A stretch of 63,783 bases of DNA, the filler included, from Reticulomyxa filosa (Eukaryota; Protista; Foraminifera): NCBI GenBank assembly GCA_000512085.1. It is 17 parts of 17 records of this genome, joined end to end, with 100 filler letters (N's around TTAATTAATTAA, not from the genome) between each part and the next. Parts side by side here need not be neighbours in the genome. Positions count along the whole stretch, not along the records: positions 1 to 3,398 come from ASPP01007832.1; positions 3,499 to 16,973 come from ASPP01008717.1; 15 more parts are not named here. One strand, given 5' to 3'. Below, one piece after another: positions 1-13,900 of the stretch (position 1 is its first letter; each line of letters starts with the position of its first letter). The translations under genes and the position numbers were made by a program. Under the pieces are notes generated by a model. That model was not told where the DNA came from. It did no database searches and saw only the letters and a program-made list of their open reading frames with translations.

Positions 1-49
1 GGGGGGGGGGAAAAAGTCAGAAAATTCTTGGTCATCTCAAGGCCGTAGG

Positions 50-2015
50 AAAAATGAAGACGACAACCTTGAGAAATATCGCGAAGAAAAAGAAAAGGAA
101 ATAATGAAGATGCGACAGAAAATTGAAGATCAGAAGAATACAATCGACGATTTACAAGTGAGTATAACCAAACAAAATGAAGACTTTGCTCGGCAACAGA
201 TGGAATGGGAGGACAAATTCTCCGCGCAACAGAAAATCATTGATCGCTTCACGCAAGAGACCAGTCAATATCCACATGCCGGTATCGATGACATTGTCAA
301 AAAGAATCGAAGACTGAGCTTGCGGTTGGGAATCAATGGAGTCAAGTTTTTTTTGTGTGTTCAAAAGCAAATGCATATATGTATATATATATTATATATA
401 ATCCATGTATACAGCAAAAAGTAATAAACGAAACTCAAATGCAAAATGTCCAATTTGAGTTAAGAAGCACGCTTGCGAAGATGGCCAAAGTGGAAAACGA
501 CTTGACTCGATTGTTGGATACGGTAGGAGATGGGAGTCAATTACACTCTCGACTGGAACAGATCCATCGAAACCTTGCACGACACAAGCGATCTGTCACG
601 TCCATCGAACAAACCCTCGCGGAAAACATTGACATGCAGCACGTAGATTTGGGAGTCTATGGACGGGATAATGATCATGACGATGAACATGAGGATAATG
701 ACGACCATGACCATGACCATGACAATGACAATAAGCAATCCAACACAAAATCCAAAGAAAAACACGCAATGAATAAAAGTAAGGATGCATCCAAGAACAA
801 ACAAAATGACGATGGCAATGATGATAATAATGATGATGATGATGATGATGATGATGATGGTGGTGAGTTCAAAACGGGGAAAAAAGGGGCCAATAAAAAA
901 GAAAAAGACAATAATGGTAATGATGATATTGTAGTGCTACGAGCGCCTTCTCATCACATGGCCGTCAACTCTTTTGAAACAAGCGCAATACTGGCAGGAC
1001 TAAATTTGGACAAAAACAAAGACAATGAAAATTCGTCCAAGAAAGAGGAGAATGGTAGGTTGATTGTTGATATCATTCCTTGTAAGCAACACATATATAT
1101 ATATATATATATATGTATATACATTATATCAAACAAATTACAAAGAGTGTATTGTACATGGTTGGAACAGAAAGCACGAAGAAAAAGCAAAAAAACTCTC
1201 CTCCAGGGCCGTCATCCCCACCCAATTCCGGCACCCGTCACAAGCACCACAAATCGCGATCATTGGTGAATGGCCGATATCTGACAACGAATATGCTGCC
1301 GATCCAAGAGGCGATGAGTCAGACCCCTCGCGAGCCGGGCACTCCTTCGATCACCAATGAGTACAACGGCATTGATGTGTTGGACATTGACGAAACGTAC
1401 GATATTGTCGAGGAGGACGAGACCCTGGCAAGTCCGATGGAACTTGTGCCATTGCAAGCAGAGTACTACGAGTCGACCACCACAGATGCTGACGCTTCTC
1501 AAGAGAATGCACATTCACACCGGGTTAATAATCCAAGCAATGGCCAAAAAGAAACAACAGAAGAAGAAGAAGAAGAAGAAGAAGAAGAAAATGGAAACCA
1601 TTCCCATCCAAAGAATTCTTCATCGAATTCAAAAACTCACAAAGCCGAAGAAAACTCTGCTACCAATGGCTCTGCTTCACAAGTGAATGGCAAACGTCGA
1701 GAAAGCTCGCGCAGTCACAAGCGCACGTCGTCCACGTTCAGTGATCACCGATCGCAACAGATTTTGCAGCTGCAACAAGATTGCATCCAAATGCGACTGC
1801 AAATTGTGCGGCTCGAAAAAGAAAAAGAGCAGTGGGTGGAAAATGCTCAAGAACTTTCCAAAAGTGTCAAACGCTGTGATCATTTGACCGAGTTGCTCAG
1901 CAAAATGACCGAGGAAAAACTACAACTGCGACTCAAAGTCGAAGAGTTGGAATCGATGCTTAGCAAGCACAATATATCTACCCCATTTCATTCAAAGTCT
2001 TCTTATCACACGTAG
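50..2015 (+). CDS. Coiled-coil / low-complexity protein, 3' part (at least 3 exons)
   Basis: GT-AG introns 341-414 and 1055-1170 join ORFs 104-424, 355-1269 and 1113-2015 in frame. Heptad-rich segments, poly-D/E tracts, stop at 2013-2015. Confidence 0.7.
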
Positions 2016-3398
2016 TCTTGTTTCTCCTATGGCGCTCTTACACATCATTATTGAGCTGGTGAGTTGTTTTTTTGTTGCTGTTTGATCTTTCTCTCTCTCT
2101 CTCTCTCTTTATCCCTTGCTCGCTCCTGTGTCTTGAGCCTTTGTAACCATGTTCTATTCTGAGTGTTATATGCGTCATCAGGTTGTGTTTTTTTTTTTTT
2201 TTGCAACGTTATGTTGCCAGAAATGCTTTATTGTTTGGTTTTTTTTCCCTTCTACCTTCACACACTTTTTTTTTCTTCTCATTGTTGCTGTTGGATCTCC
2301 ATAGTTTGGAACTAATCTTTTTTTTTTTGGTCGTTGTTGTTCTTGTTTATTTTCTAATGCCTTGTAATTCAAATTGTATACACGTCACTTTTTTTGTTGA
2401 GGGAGCCTTACAGCAAGTGCTTCTGATTGAAAAAAAAAAATATCGGCTATGTCTTCTAACTCATGGCATGTACTTCACTGTGATTCTTCAAACTCTCAAC
2501 TGAAACTTACAACCAAGAGATTATTGAATCCAAATCTTCTTATAAGACTTTCAAAATTATAAAGACAATTACATGTATTTTTTGTGCATGGAATTGGATA
2601 TCGGAAGTTCTGTTTTGATGTGTCTATTAACAAATTTTACAAATAAAAACATTTCGATAAATCCACGCCTTTGTTTCGTGGAACTAGTTTTGAGGGGTCA
2701 GTTTTAAAACAGGAGGAATGAGCTAAGAAACTATTTTTTTAAAAAAATCTATCATCAACACGTCATAAACACATCCAAGAGCCTCTTCCGTCTGCAAATC
2801 TCGTTCATTTAAAATTCCTGATCAGTAAATCTACTTACAACGACTTGCTATTACTAATATAGCGAAATCTGCACGATGACAATGTTGTCTATACTCAAGA
2901 AGCCAAGACTGTACAGCTCAAGCAACATATCAAAACGACGCACTATGTCGGATATTGAGTAAGCTTTCTATCATACGTTGCTGCCTCTACAAGCAGTAGA
3001 GCTAGTCATATAATTGACATATATTAATACAAAGACATTATATTTACGGAACACAAAATGTTAATGAAAATCCAAGTAAAATCTGATTTAATTATATCAC
3101 AAACAAAACAACTGCATTACAATCAAATATGGATTAACACACAATAATTTTAAACATTACTTGACGTAATATTTTTAAAATGTTATCAATTCATCCATAT
3201 TATTTTCATTAAAATGAAGACATTGTTTAATTTTTTGTTGATCTTCTTGCTTTTCCTAAATGAAATCACACAAATAGTCATTTATTATTGTTTCACCATA
3301 GTTTGAATACATAATATCATATTCATAAAGTAATGGATATAGATTCTACATTCACATTTTATTGAATATTAATTTTGTTATATCAATAATGTACCATG

Positions 3399-3498
3399 NN
3401 NNNNNNNNNNNNNNNNNNNNNNNNNNNNNNNNNNNNNNNNNNTTAATTAATTAANNNNNNNNNNNNNNNNNNNNNNNNNNNNNNNNNNNNNNNNNNNN
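3399..3498. other. Artificial contig-joining spacer N44-TTAATTAATTAA-N44 (16 copies)
   Basis: The same 100-nt pad, with stops in all six frames, starts at ~3399, 16974, 22462, 25209, 29790, 36681, 38715, 42031, 43131, 44588, 46055, 48402, 50018, 56692, 59074 and 62051. Sequences on either side are not genomic neighbours. Confidence 0.98.
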
Positions 3499-3614
3499 GG
3501 AGGGATCGTGGAGGGCAAAAAAAAAAAAATTTGAAAAAAGGGAGTGTAAATGAAGGATTGAAGGAACACAATAACAAAAAATAAATTTTTTTTTTTTAAA
3601 AAAAAAAGCCACAA

Positions 3615-4445
3615 ACCCTCCACCGATGACGACCACATTCCCTCCATCTTTTTGAACGGTTTCGATAGCTTTCAACAAGGAGATGCCGTCGTCGTAGTCC
3701 CTCAAATAATGAATGCCGGCCAAGTGGCTCCCTTCCATCTTGAAGTCGCTTAGCTTGACTGCACTTGCACCGGTGGCCAAGAGCAACTTTGCATATTGGA
3801 TGGCCTTCGTGGTCGTAGAGGACTCCTTGCCACTCGAGGCATGACACTGCACAAACAATGTCTTGTGGTCAAAGTCAATCTCCGTCACACGACTGTCCAA
3901 ATACGTACGAATGCCGTTATGATCATACCACTCTTGCAGATGTGTTGCTTTGTTCGCTGCACACGTGTTGATGTCTGGAATCTTGGCCTTTCCCATTAAC
4001 AATCCTTTTGATAACGCTGGGCGCTCATATGGCAGCACCTTTTCGCTTGATATCATGCACACCTTTTTTTTTTTTTTGTATGTTTGTGAAATATTCTCAT
4101 CAGACATACATACAGACTTTTTTCTATCCTCCCCTTCTTTCTTTTTTTTTTTTTTTGAACCACTTTGTTTTACATCAGTAATGCGAAAGCAAAAAACACA
4201 TAGTGAGTGAGTAGGAAGCTTAGACTAATTCGAAACGTTGCCTTTTTTCACTCCTTGGCTCACGAATTCATTCACTGCATAGCCTGCGCTTGTGCCACCT
4301 CCGACTATAACAAAGTCGTACTCTCTGTGCGCAGATCAAGCAAAAGGAATATTTCGAGATGATACAACTTGATGCTTTGCTTTTTTTATAGAAAGAGAAT
4401 AAATAGCTAAGTAAACCAACTCAACTCGGTTTTAGACTCAGCCAT
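3615..4445 (-). CDS. MDHAR: Monodehydroascorbate reductase-like FAD/NAD oxidoreductase, 5' part
   Basis: Spliced translation [54 protein letters not shown]...YAKLLLATGA...GIHYLRDYDD...VVVIGGG has the FAD GxG motif, the PYERPALSK signature and the NAD-binding motif. Intron 4063-4236. Truncated by the contig end. Confidence 0.85.
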
Positions 4446-4949
4446 TGCTTTTTTTCCGCCACTTTATTATTTTTTTTTAAAAAAAACTTCAGTAGGTCTG
4501 CTCTAACACAGTACAACAAATCTATTTATACTGAAACATTCCACAATTTTTGCACGAATATCTCCTATAGTAAATGTGTGATATGATCAAATCCAATTTT
4601 ATTGGCCAGGAACGTAGCATATTGTGATATCTTTCACACGAACATACATTTACGCTTTTTGGATACTGGTAAAACTAAAAAATGGTCATGCAAAGTGAAG
4701 TTTAATTAAATTGAAGAACTAATTATAGTTTGAAAACAACTTTTTTAGTTTAATTTAAATTTGAAAATTGAATAAAAAAACAACTTTATTCAATGCACAC
4801 AACATCTTTTTTTTAAGATGTTCTCAGTGAGAAAGTCACTGAAGATATTTTTAAACCCAGACCAACAAGAATTTATTTATATTTCTTCCATTCCCATCGT
4901 TTCTTCAAAATACAAAGTCCTTTTTCTAATTTGTATCATTTTAATTTAT

Positions 4950-7900
4950 TTAAAAGTCGTCAACCCATGCTTGTAAAGAAGATGAGCTCGGATTAAAGTC
5001 AATATCAATGGCTTGGCAGTTATGGATCGCAAATCGTAGTTTGTCACGACACAGCTCAAATGTAGAATAAGGTGGTAAATCGATACTGAAGAAGCAGGTA
5101 TGAGCAATAGGCAGTGAGTCTTCTCCCGTGTTCAAAGCCTTAATCGTAAAGTTGGTAGTCCAATCGTTTTCAGTGGGTGGCAAGCGGTTTCTTCCCCACA
5201 CAAATCGTAAGAATAATTGTCTTTCTTCTTGCGAGAAAGCATAAAGAGTCTTCCAAAAGAATTTGACGACATCAGACGACGAGGAGAGTCCTCCTTGATA
5301 CACAGTGTGTTTCCTTAGGGCCTCAATGTCAATGTTTGGATTACCACACACCAATACCTCTAAGTCATACCAATTGAATAGTGATAACATACGAACAGGA
5401 ACAACTTGATTCAATCCTTTTGAGATTGCCTTCATTTGTTCTGTTGATTCGCTCAATCTTTTCTTGATTACAAGCGATACAAATTCCTGCAAGTTTTTCT
5501 TTGTCACATCGATATTTTTGCCATTATCTTTCAATTCAATTTCCGTGCCATCGCTCAATTGCGTCGTAAATCGTTCATAGACAACATAATTAAATGATTT
5601 TTCGTCAATTTTTTCCAACTCGTTCAGCGCTTGCACACAAAGCTTGTCAATGGCCTCCAAATCGGTAATGTCAATTTTTTCATCGGGCAGTAATTGCTTC
5701 CATACAATCGATGGTAAATCAAAGCCCAAGGTTTGCTTCGTACGTAAGGCAATTCCCATCAACACACCGACAAATTCGTACATAGTCAAATATAAGGAAG
5801 AAGTGCACGAAGGATTAGGAATCCACTTTTCGCGGTTCAAACCGACACTGTTTCTTCCGTTGGGACTTAACACAAATAGTGGAGTGGCATCACTTTGCAA
5901 GTCACTAATGGCATTGGTCAACGATTCACGATAAGGCCCACCAATATCGATCGATCCCTCACCGGCAAACTGGACATTCCACAATTGTTGACCCGAGCTG
6001 CCTCGGAAGGTGCTGTAGCGAGTATTTTTCAGTTGCGAAAACAATTGTCCAAACGTGGATCGCAATCCAGTCGGATCATTTTTCGCTTCACGGGCCTTTG
6101 CGGCTTTGATACGATTGATGGTGATGCGAGGTTGGTTTTGTTGATTGAACGAACACGAGCTTGCCAATAATGTGTCAAAGACTGATTTTTTCGTGCTCAT
6201 AAAGTAGCAACCTTTAACGTATGGATTTGCGAACTCAAGGAAGAGGAACTAGCCAGATCAACGGACAATGCCTTCGGATCTTTTTTGCTGTCGTCTGCTG
6301 ATCCATTGGAATTGTTGCCGCGATTAGCCGGGGATGTTTGATTACGTGCCAAGGCCGTTAAAAAGGAAGCAGCAAACGACGCCAAAGAAGTGTTGCCGCT
6401 TGCATTTTCATCGTCATCGGAAAATAATGTCACATCAATGTAATGTAACAATGGAGTGACCAGCTTGTTCAAGTACTTGACAACTGCAAATCTTCCTTGG
6501 ATTTCTCCGTTTTCTGATGCATTTAGTTTTTTGAAGCGGTTTATGTCATCCTTGTTCGGTGTCAACATGACCGAGTCCAGAGTGGTCACATCTACGCCCA
6601 AACGAGTGGCGACAATTTGGGACATTTCGGTCAGCGCTTCGTCCATTGGCAGAGTCCAATTGCTGCACTTGGATTGAATCATCAATTTCAGTGAATTGAT
6701 TATTTCGGTTCTCTTTTTAAGAGATTCCTCTGATTCGCCAATCAAATTCGCCAACGGATGCGAGCCATGGATACAATCAAAGGAAATGTGTTCAATGCTA
6801 AATCCACCAAATCCAGTATCTCGTGAAATTAGTTTCAAAGTTACATACTTGCCTGCAACTGGAGGTTTCACTTTGATATGGCCCACACTTCCACCCACTT
6901 CAGTAAAACCAACAGGTTCGTGGGGTTTTCGAACAGTCGCGCTTGAATTGCGTTTGCGTGATTCAAAGCTATCATAAGATCTTTGGTCCCAATGTTTGCA
7001 CCACTCAAAGGAATCAAAGTCAGGATCATTGTTTCCAACAAATACCAACACTTTGAACGAATTGACTGATGGTGGACAACGGACACTGACACTTCGGAGC
7101 ACAAATTCCACCGCGTCATGTCCCGACACTTTAAAAGTGATATTGGTATTTTCCGGCTTCATGGAATGGGCAATACTTGCATTATCTTGCAAAATCATAT
7201 CGGCACTTGCACCTCGAATGGCATTGGATTTGACAATTTCAAATCGCATTTTTTGAGAGCAGTCCAACGAAGCTTCATTAGCCAAAGCGCTATCCACAAT
7301 GTTATCCGGTAGAGGGACTCGTTTCGTCAAAAGCATTGTCACGTTACTTGCGACTTGATATCGATTCAACCACGACGAGGACTGAATGGCCGAGTGTTCA
7401 AAAGGCACATAGCCTTCGCTTGCTTCTGGAGGGAAGGCAAATGGCTCACCACCCAAGTTGATAACACATTGCGACATATGATTTAAGGAAATGCATGGGA
7501 ATAGTCCATCTTCAGATTCAATGCCACTAAATGAATGGCCAGAGGATAAGCCATCAAAGCAATATTCGATATACTTGTCATCCAAGTTCAGTTTTACACC
7601 AATAACAATGCCAGCACCCCAGTTTGGTCGGGCAAGTTCTGCTTTGTCTCCACGGATCGGTTGCACGGTGCGACTGCGATGCATAAACGCCGTGTTTGGT
7701 CCAGTGGTACACCACGAATTACCACCATTGTCACAACCAATGCCACTGTTGTTATATTTGCGATAGTTGCGATTGATAAATCCGACACACGCATAGTTGC
7801 ATTGGCCACTAAATTTACATTCATAATACCATTTTCCACCTCTCACACACACATCTGCAACAAAATCGTCCACATAATAACGGTTGTGTTGATCAGGCTT

Positions 7901-10900
7901 TGTGGACAAGGTTCGAGAAGGCAGGGGTTCTTCGTACATTAACGAGATCACGGTACATTTTGATGGACCGTCTCTGTACTTGGTAAAGGCTTCCATAATG
8001 TGCGCAGGAACTTCCTTTGATTCTTTTGCCTCCGTAACGACTTCGCTCTTACTCTTTTCCTTGGGAAGTATACTTCTCGTTGCCAGCAGTAATTCCAATA
8101 GCGTTTGGATGTGCGGACCAGGCAGTGAACCACTGCTCCATTGAGTCAATGTCCACGTTCGCAATCCTTCGTGAGCAGTTTCCAAGCGATCAATGCATTC
8201 GGAAACGAGTGCCAAAGTCGTGTCTCTTGTCTTGTTGTCTTCAAAGGTAGGGAGAGAAGCCCATTGATTTGCAATGCATGTAGCAATACGAGCAATCGCT
8301 TGTGCTGCTTTACGATCGCTGGCATGTTCCAAGCTACGCAACAACTGAAGCAATACAATGTCCAAATTGGCGACGCGAGCGGCTAAGATAGCATTGACAA
8401 AGACTAACGAGCTGTAAATCGAGCCTTCCAATACTTCCGATTCTACAATTCGGAAATCGCTGCTCAAGTCCATGATAATGAAAACCACTTCCGAAGGTGG
8501 ACATCCATTGTACCAATTGACTGACGTGACTGTGTAGTAGAATTTGTTTCCTTCAAGGACTTGCACGTGTTTGGTGAAATCAAAAGGATACACATTGAAT
8601 TTGGCCAGCAATTTCTTTTTGTTTGGATCTTGATAAATCGAGACAACTGTGAGACCCATGTTGGTGAGGGATGGATCGGATCCAACCACGAGTTTCAACT
8701 TTTCTGCTCCAGGCCATTCAAAAGGCACAGCTTTGATTTGTGCCTCATCGTCAACGTTACCACGTCCATAGTTGTAGCCATAGCCCACGCTGGTGCATCG
8801 TCCGTGGACTGGCACAGGTACGCGTTTCAATGTCGAGCCATCTTCGTGGCCTACTGTATCGTCATTGTGTTTGTTCAATGTTTTTCGGAACAATTGATTA
8901 TTCAAACACAAATTTCTCAAAATCGACTGGGAACAACTCATCAACGTGTGCAAATAAAATTTTTCTCGATCCGATTTGGTTTGTTCGTCTCGTAGACAAC
9001 GCACCAATCGGCCTGTTATGTCTACCGGCTTCATTGAGTTGACTGGGTCCAGTTCGGCCGCAGGGTGTGGACGTAAGGATAAGCAAATGTGCAAGATTTG
9101 CTCAAATTCTTTGGGTGTGACAATGCCATGCAATGATATCAACGTGAACAGTGACAATAACGCACGACGCATGGCATGAACGCGAACGGCATGTTCGGTT
9201 GCCAACACGTGGAACAGCAAGTCGTGGGTCGGTTGATAGGTCACGGCATTGAACCATTCTTTCGTGGCTGCATTGGGCTCATTGTTATTAAATTCTTCAA
9301 CGTGTGTGTGGAAATCGGCCACGTTCGAGCCATATCCCCAATATTCGCTGCCGATGATCCTTGGCTTTGTGAACCGGTGGACAAATTACGTAATGTGGCA
9401 TCTTGGAAATCTCTCCATTTTTCTGCCAAATTCCACTTGTTTGGAGATTGCACTTGATCTTGGTTCAATTCTTCTAATGTTACCATCTTCAATTGATCCG
9501 CAGAAACTGTTTTAGATCGTTCTTGTTCTTTCAATTTGCGCTCTTTTTCTTTCTCTTCTTCCGATTCCATGGTTTGGACAAGCCACTCTTTGTTGGCTTT
9601 GATCCACGCATCTGCCGCTTCTACTGTCGTGTTTCCTTCTTTTTTCAATGCTCGTTCGGCCAACGCTTTGGCATGGCCTTTGGTCGAAACTAACTCTTGA
9701 GTCATCATTTGACGATTCAAAATCTTTGGATGATTGTTTTCTTTCACTCCCAACACGAGACGCAGCGTTTCTCCGGCCATTTGAGGAACTGCCACAATGA
9801 TCAAGTTTTTCACTGCTTCAATGTCATCCAATTCACTCTTTTCCAACTTTTCATCTTTCTTTGCAGTAGTGGATGACAAGGACGTGTCCGTAAAGGTGTC
9901 ACTCACGCCAAAGCCGGTCCCTGAAACTGATTCAACTCCAAATTCTCTTCTTGATATAGAAGACACACCAAAATCTAAATCGATCGAATTGAATCGATCA
10001 AACTGGTTGACAGGATTCAAGTCCATATTTGCACTTCGCGATGCCAATTCAACCACATCTGTGCTCACTGCTGCTTTTTTGGATTTTTTACCCTTTTGTC
10101 TCCATCGGCTTTCATTTGCAATCCTTCCGCTGCAACGTTTTTGGAATGCAAAGCCAAAACGACTGCTACTGCTCCCAATTCTTTAATCTTTCGCAAACGT
10201 GATTTGAATTTTCCATACGTGTCAATCATTACAATTTTACCTTGGCATTTTTCAAGCGTGGGTTCTTCATTCAATTGGATGTAACTCAGCAATCCCTTCA
10301 CTGTGCCTTTGGTGGATTCACTCAATCCCGTTACACCTTGATGCTGTTTTTCCAAGTGCTTACCCAAAGAGGAAAATTCCGCGGAAAATTCTGCATTTGG
10401 TTTTTTGATCTTAATATTCAATGAACTCGTGTGTTCGATGCTGACCTCTACCACTTCACGTCGACGACTTCGTTTGAAGCATTCGTTCATCAAAATATGG
10501 GCACGATCGCATAACACTGCTGATGGCACTTCGCATGATTCATGAACGCTTGTAAATGCAATTTCGGTTAATATTTTGGGTGCATTCGTATCAAACAATC
10601 GAACAAATAACTGTAACATGTCAACATTTAATAAAATACCATTCAATGCTTGCGAGCACAAGCTATGGATTTTAAAGTTTACCACATCCCACAAGTCAAT
10701 CTTTTCCTTATACTGCTCTCCAGTTTCTCCAAATTCCAACTTTTGCTTCAACACATGAACCAAATGTTGCATAACAGTCGACCATTGGATGGACTTGCCA
10801 AACGCGGTCACATCAAATACTTCGTCTCCAAGCGTCACCACTTCTTGCGTTGCCACTTTGTCAATGGCGGAGCCCTCGACTTCTCGGATCAGAGTGAGTC

Positions 10901-13900
10901 GATTTTTTGTGACAGAACGGCCTGTTACCACTCCAATTAAATCTTCCGGAGCGTAGTAGACTCGACTTCCTACGCGAATGTTGTCGATATATCCTCCCAT
11001 CAAAGCTAGTGCACCTACGCATTGGAACAACTCATCTGTAATTTCGGTATGATCTTTTCCATAATTATGGCTCAAATAGCCAAATGACTTTTCAACTGAT
11101 GATCCAATAATGGTTTGCCATGACTGTGGTGATTTGCGAATCAAATAACGCAGGGTCATAATTTCCTCCGCGCAAATCGAAACAAGATCACTCGAATGTG
11201 CGAGTGGCAATTTCATTGATAAGAAATAATCCCACAATTTTTGTTGTTGCGCAGAGGCCGCCAATTTGTCATGTTTTCCGTCAAAATAGCATGCCACCAT
11301 TGGAGCGCACATGGCATATCCGATATCTTTAAGGAGCTTCAGGATAAATATCGAGTGCGAGGAAGAGTCATTGTTACTCTTTTCGTAGTTGTCACATTCG
11401 TCCAACAATTTCCACGACGGCGCCACACGAGACGACAACACTTGTCGCAAGATACGCAACGTCACCACGCGGGTACGAGGAGAGCCATTCCATAGCAAAC
11501 GCAGTAATGCAGACAAACTTCGTTTTTGCGAAAATAGATCTAATGCAGTGTACGTAATATGACTACTGAGGCTCGGTTGCTCTTTTTCTGATGACGATCC
11601 GTCTTTCTTTTCGTGACCGGCTTCGTCTTTGGTGCTAATATTCGAGTGCGTCTCGCACATTTCTTCCACCAAGTTCAACACACGGACGTGGAAAGACTCT
11701 TCTGTTGTAGTCGTTTGTTCAGTGGCCGAGCTCGTCAACGTGTCGACTTGTTCGTCTTCTTCGTCGACTGTTTCTTCCGTCAAACCAGTTGCAACGCCGC
11801 TGGCAATGCCGAATCTGGAAATCGTGGCCACTTTGCGCGAAATCATTGCGTCCTCTTTGATTCTGCGAGAAGCACCAAACTTCAGTTCGTATGAAGGAGG
11901 CAATTGTGGAATCCAAGGACCGGGTTCTCCTGGTTTCACTTGGGATATCTTTTCTAATTGCTCCAAGACCATTAAATAAATCTTTTCCAAGTACGAATCG
12001 ATTCGTTCATCGCCCTTTTGATGTGATGCTTGTTGGCCTTGTCGAATCGACATAATTGTTGAGGCCAACATTTCCAGCAATGACCACGCCGACGTTTGAT
12101 ATGCTCCTTGTATCACCGTGTTTTTCTTTTCGTCATTCTTTTCGGTGGTCTCTTCGCTTTTTGGTGGCAGTTTGCTTGCTTCCGTTTGGTGATTCAATAA
12201 AATTTTGAGAGCGTCAAATATGCCCAATCGATTCATCAATTCAAATTCACGACGACTCGCATCCAATGCAAACGCATACAATGTGGCTTGGATCAAATGC
12301 GATCCTGATTTCATGGGTTCCTTCAGATATTGAATGAGTAATGAGTACAAGTAATTGGTTGCATCGAGCAGATCGTCTGTAATGCCATAGCCAATGGGTG
12401 CCAAGCCTTCAAAGATACTCGGGGCCTCACCCACAAAACTAAACGAGTGCGATTTTTGAAGCGATGGGATCAAAAAGTGCAACATGTCTCGTTTCACAAT
12501 ATTAAAGTTGCCTCCACACTCGTCCAAAAGGACACGTAACACACGCAAGCCAAAGGCACGCATGCGACCACGTACGCGGTCGCTTTGGATACGTGAAATG
12601 AGTTTGTCCGTCTCAATCTTGTCTGTGTCCAAAAACTTGAGCACCAATTTCCACACAATGGAATATCTTTGTTCGACGCTTGCCGACTTTAATTCCACGC
12701 CTTCCTTGGTGCTATGCCGTGCCATCAATGTCGCCGTGGCTGTTTGTAGTGTCTTTTCCGAGGCCATTTCTGACGACTTGTTTCTCGTCAAAGAGGGGAT
12801 AGGCAAGTCTTCTTCTAATACTTCCGGCTGCACTGCCAACACTTTCAATAAAAATGTGCATCGCACTTCAATTTCTTTGCAAATGTCTTGATACAATTTC
12901 ACCTTGTCTACGGCCAAATTTTCATCAATGACTGCTGTTGTTGCTCCAACGCTTGCAATCTTTTCATCGCTTTCTTCTTTCTTTTCATCCGTTATGGTTG
13001 CACGTTGTTGGGATAATTGTTCTTGTTCGTGTTTCAAATGGGCAATGGACCCAGTTCCTGCAGATTGGAATGCAGAGCCATGACTCTTATCTTTGGGTTC
13101 ATCCTTTTTGGTTTTTTTGTCCTTGTCTTGTGTTTCCTCGTCCTTAATTCCTGCACTTTTCTTTTTTTCTTCCAATTTCTTTTTCAACAGTTTCGATTCG
13201 GCATCCTCGGACTCGTCTTCTCGCTCTCTTTCATGTTCTTTGTGTGTGGACTTGGCCTCGTTGTTGGGTCGATGGCCGTCGCTTGGTCGATGACCTTCAT
13301 TTGGTCGATGAGGCCCATGTCGTTCTTCTTTCTTTTCTTCATTGTCTCCTCCTCCTTTTTTTTCTTCTTCGTGCGGTGGTTTATTCGGATGTTGTTCTTT
13401 GGCGTTTGATTCACGGCCACGACGCTTCTTTCGCATTTGGCGAGCTGATGTCTTTTCATTGTCCGTCTTGTCCTCTTTTTGCATTTTTCGAGTAATTTCC
13501 GCCTGTTTTGCACTCAACTCCGCTTGGAATTTCTGCACAAGCCATCCTCGAAGTTTTTGAGCTGTTTTCCAAACACGTTGAACGCTTTCTGGAATCAACA
13601 CTTTTTTGTGTTCAGTTGCAGTTACTGTTTCGCCTTCGGACAGCATCTTTATGGTGGTCTTGGTTAAGAGATTGTGTTTGATCAATACGGCAAATACGTG
13701 GAGAACGGCATTGTCCACATATGTTCCGACTTCCGCACTCGGCAATGGGAATTTTTGAAATGGGATGCGGGCCAACAAAGGAGCCAAATCTTTTGCGATT
13801 TGCAAGTAATTGATTGGGTCTTTGCCGCTGCTGTCGCGAATATCAAAGCGCTTTTCGCTTTCGTCGCGATATTTCTTTAAGACAGGACTCAAGTCAAATG

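Noticed and set aside
3443-3454. Palindromic TTAATTAATTAA recurring 16 times
   Set aside because: Always centred in an N pad; it is an artificial six-frame stop linker. Gene-neighbourhood inferences across it are invalid.
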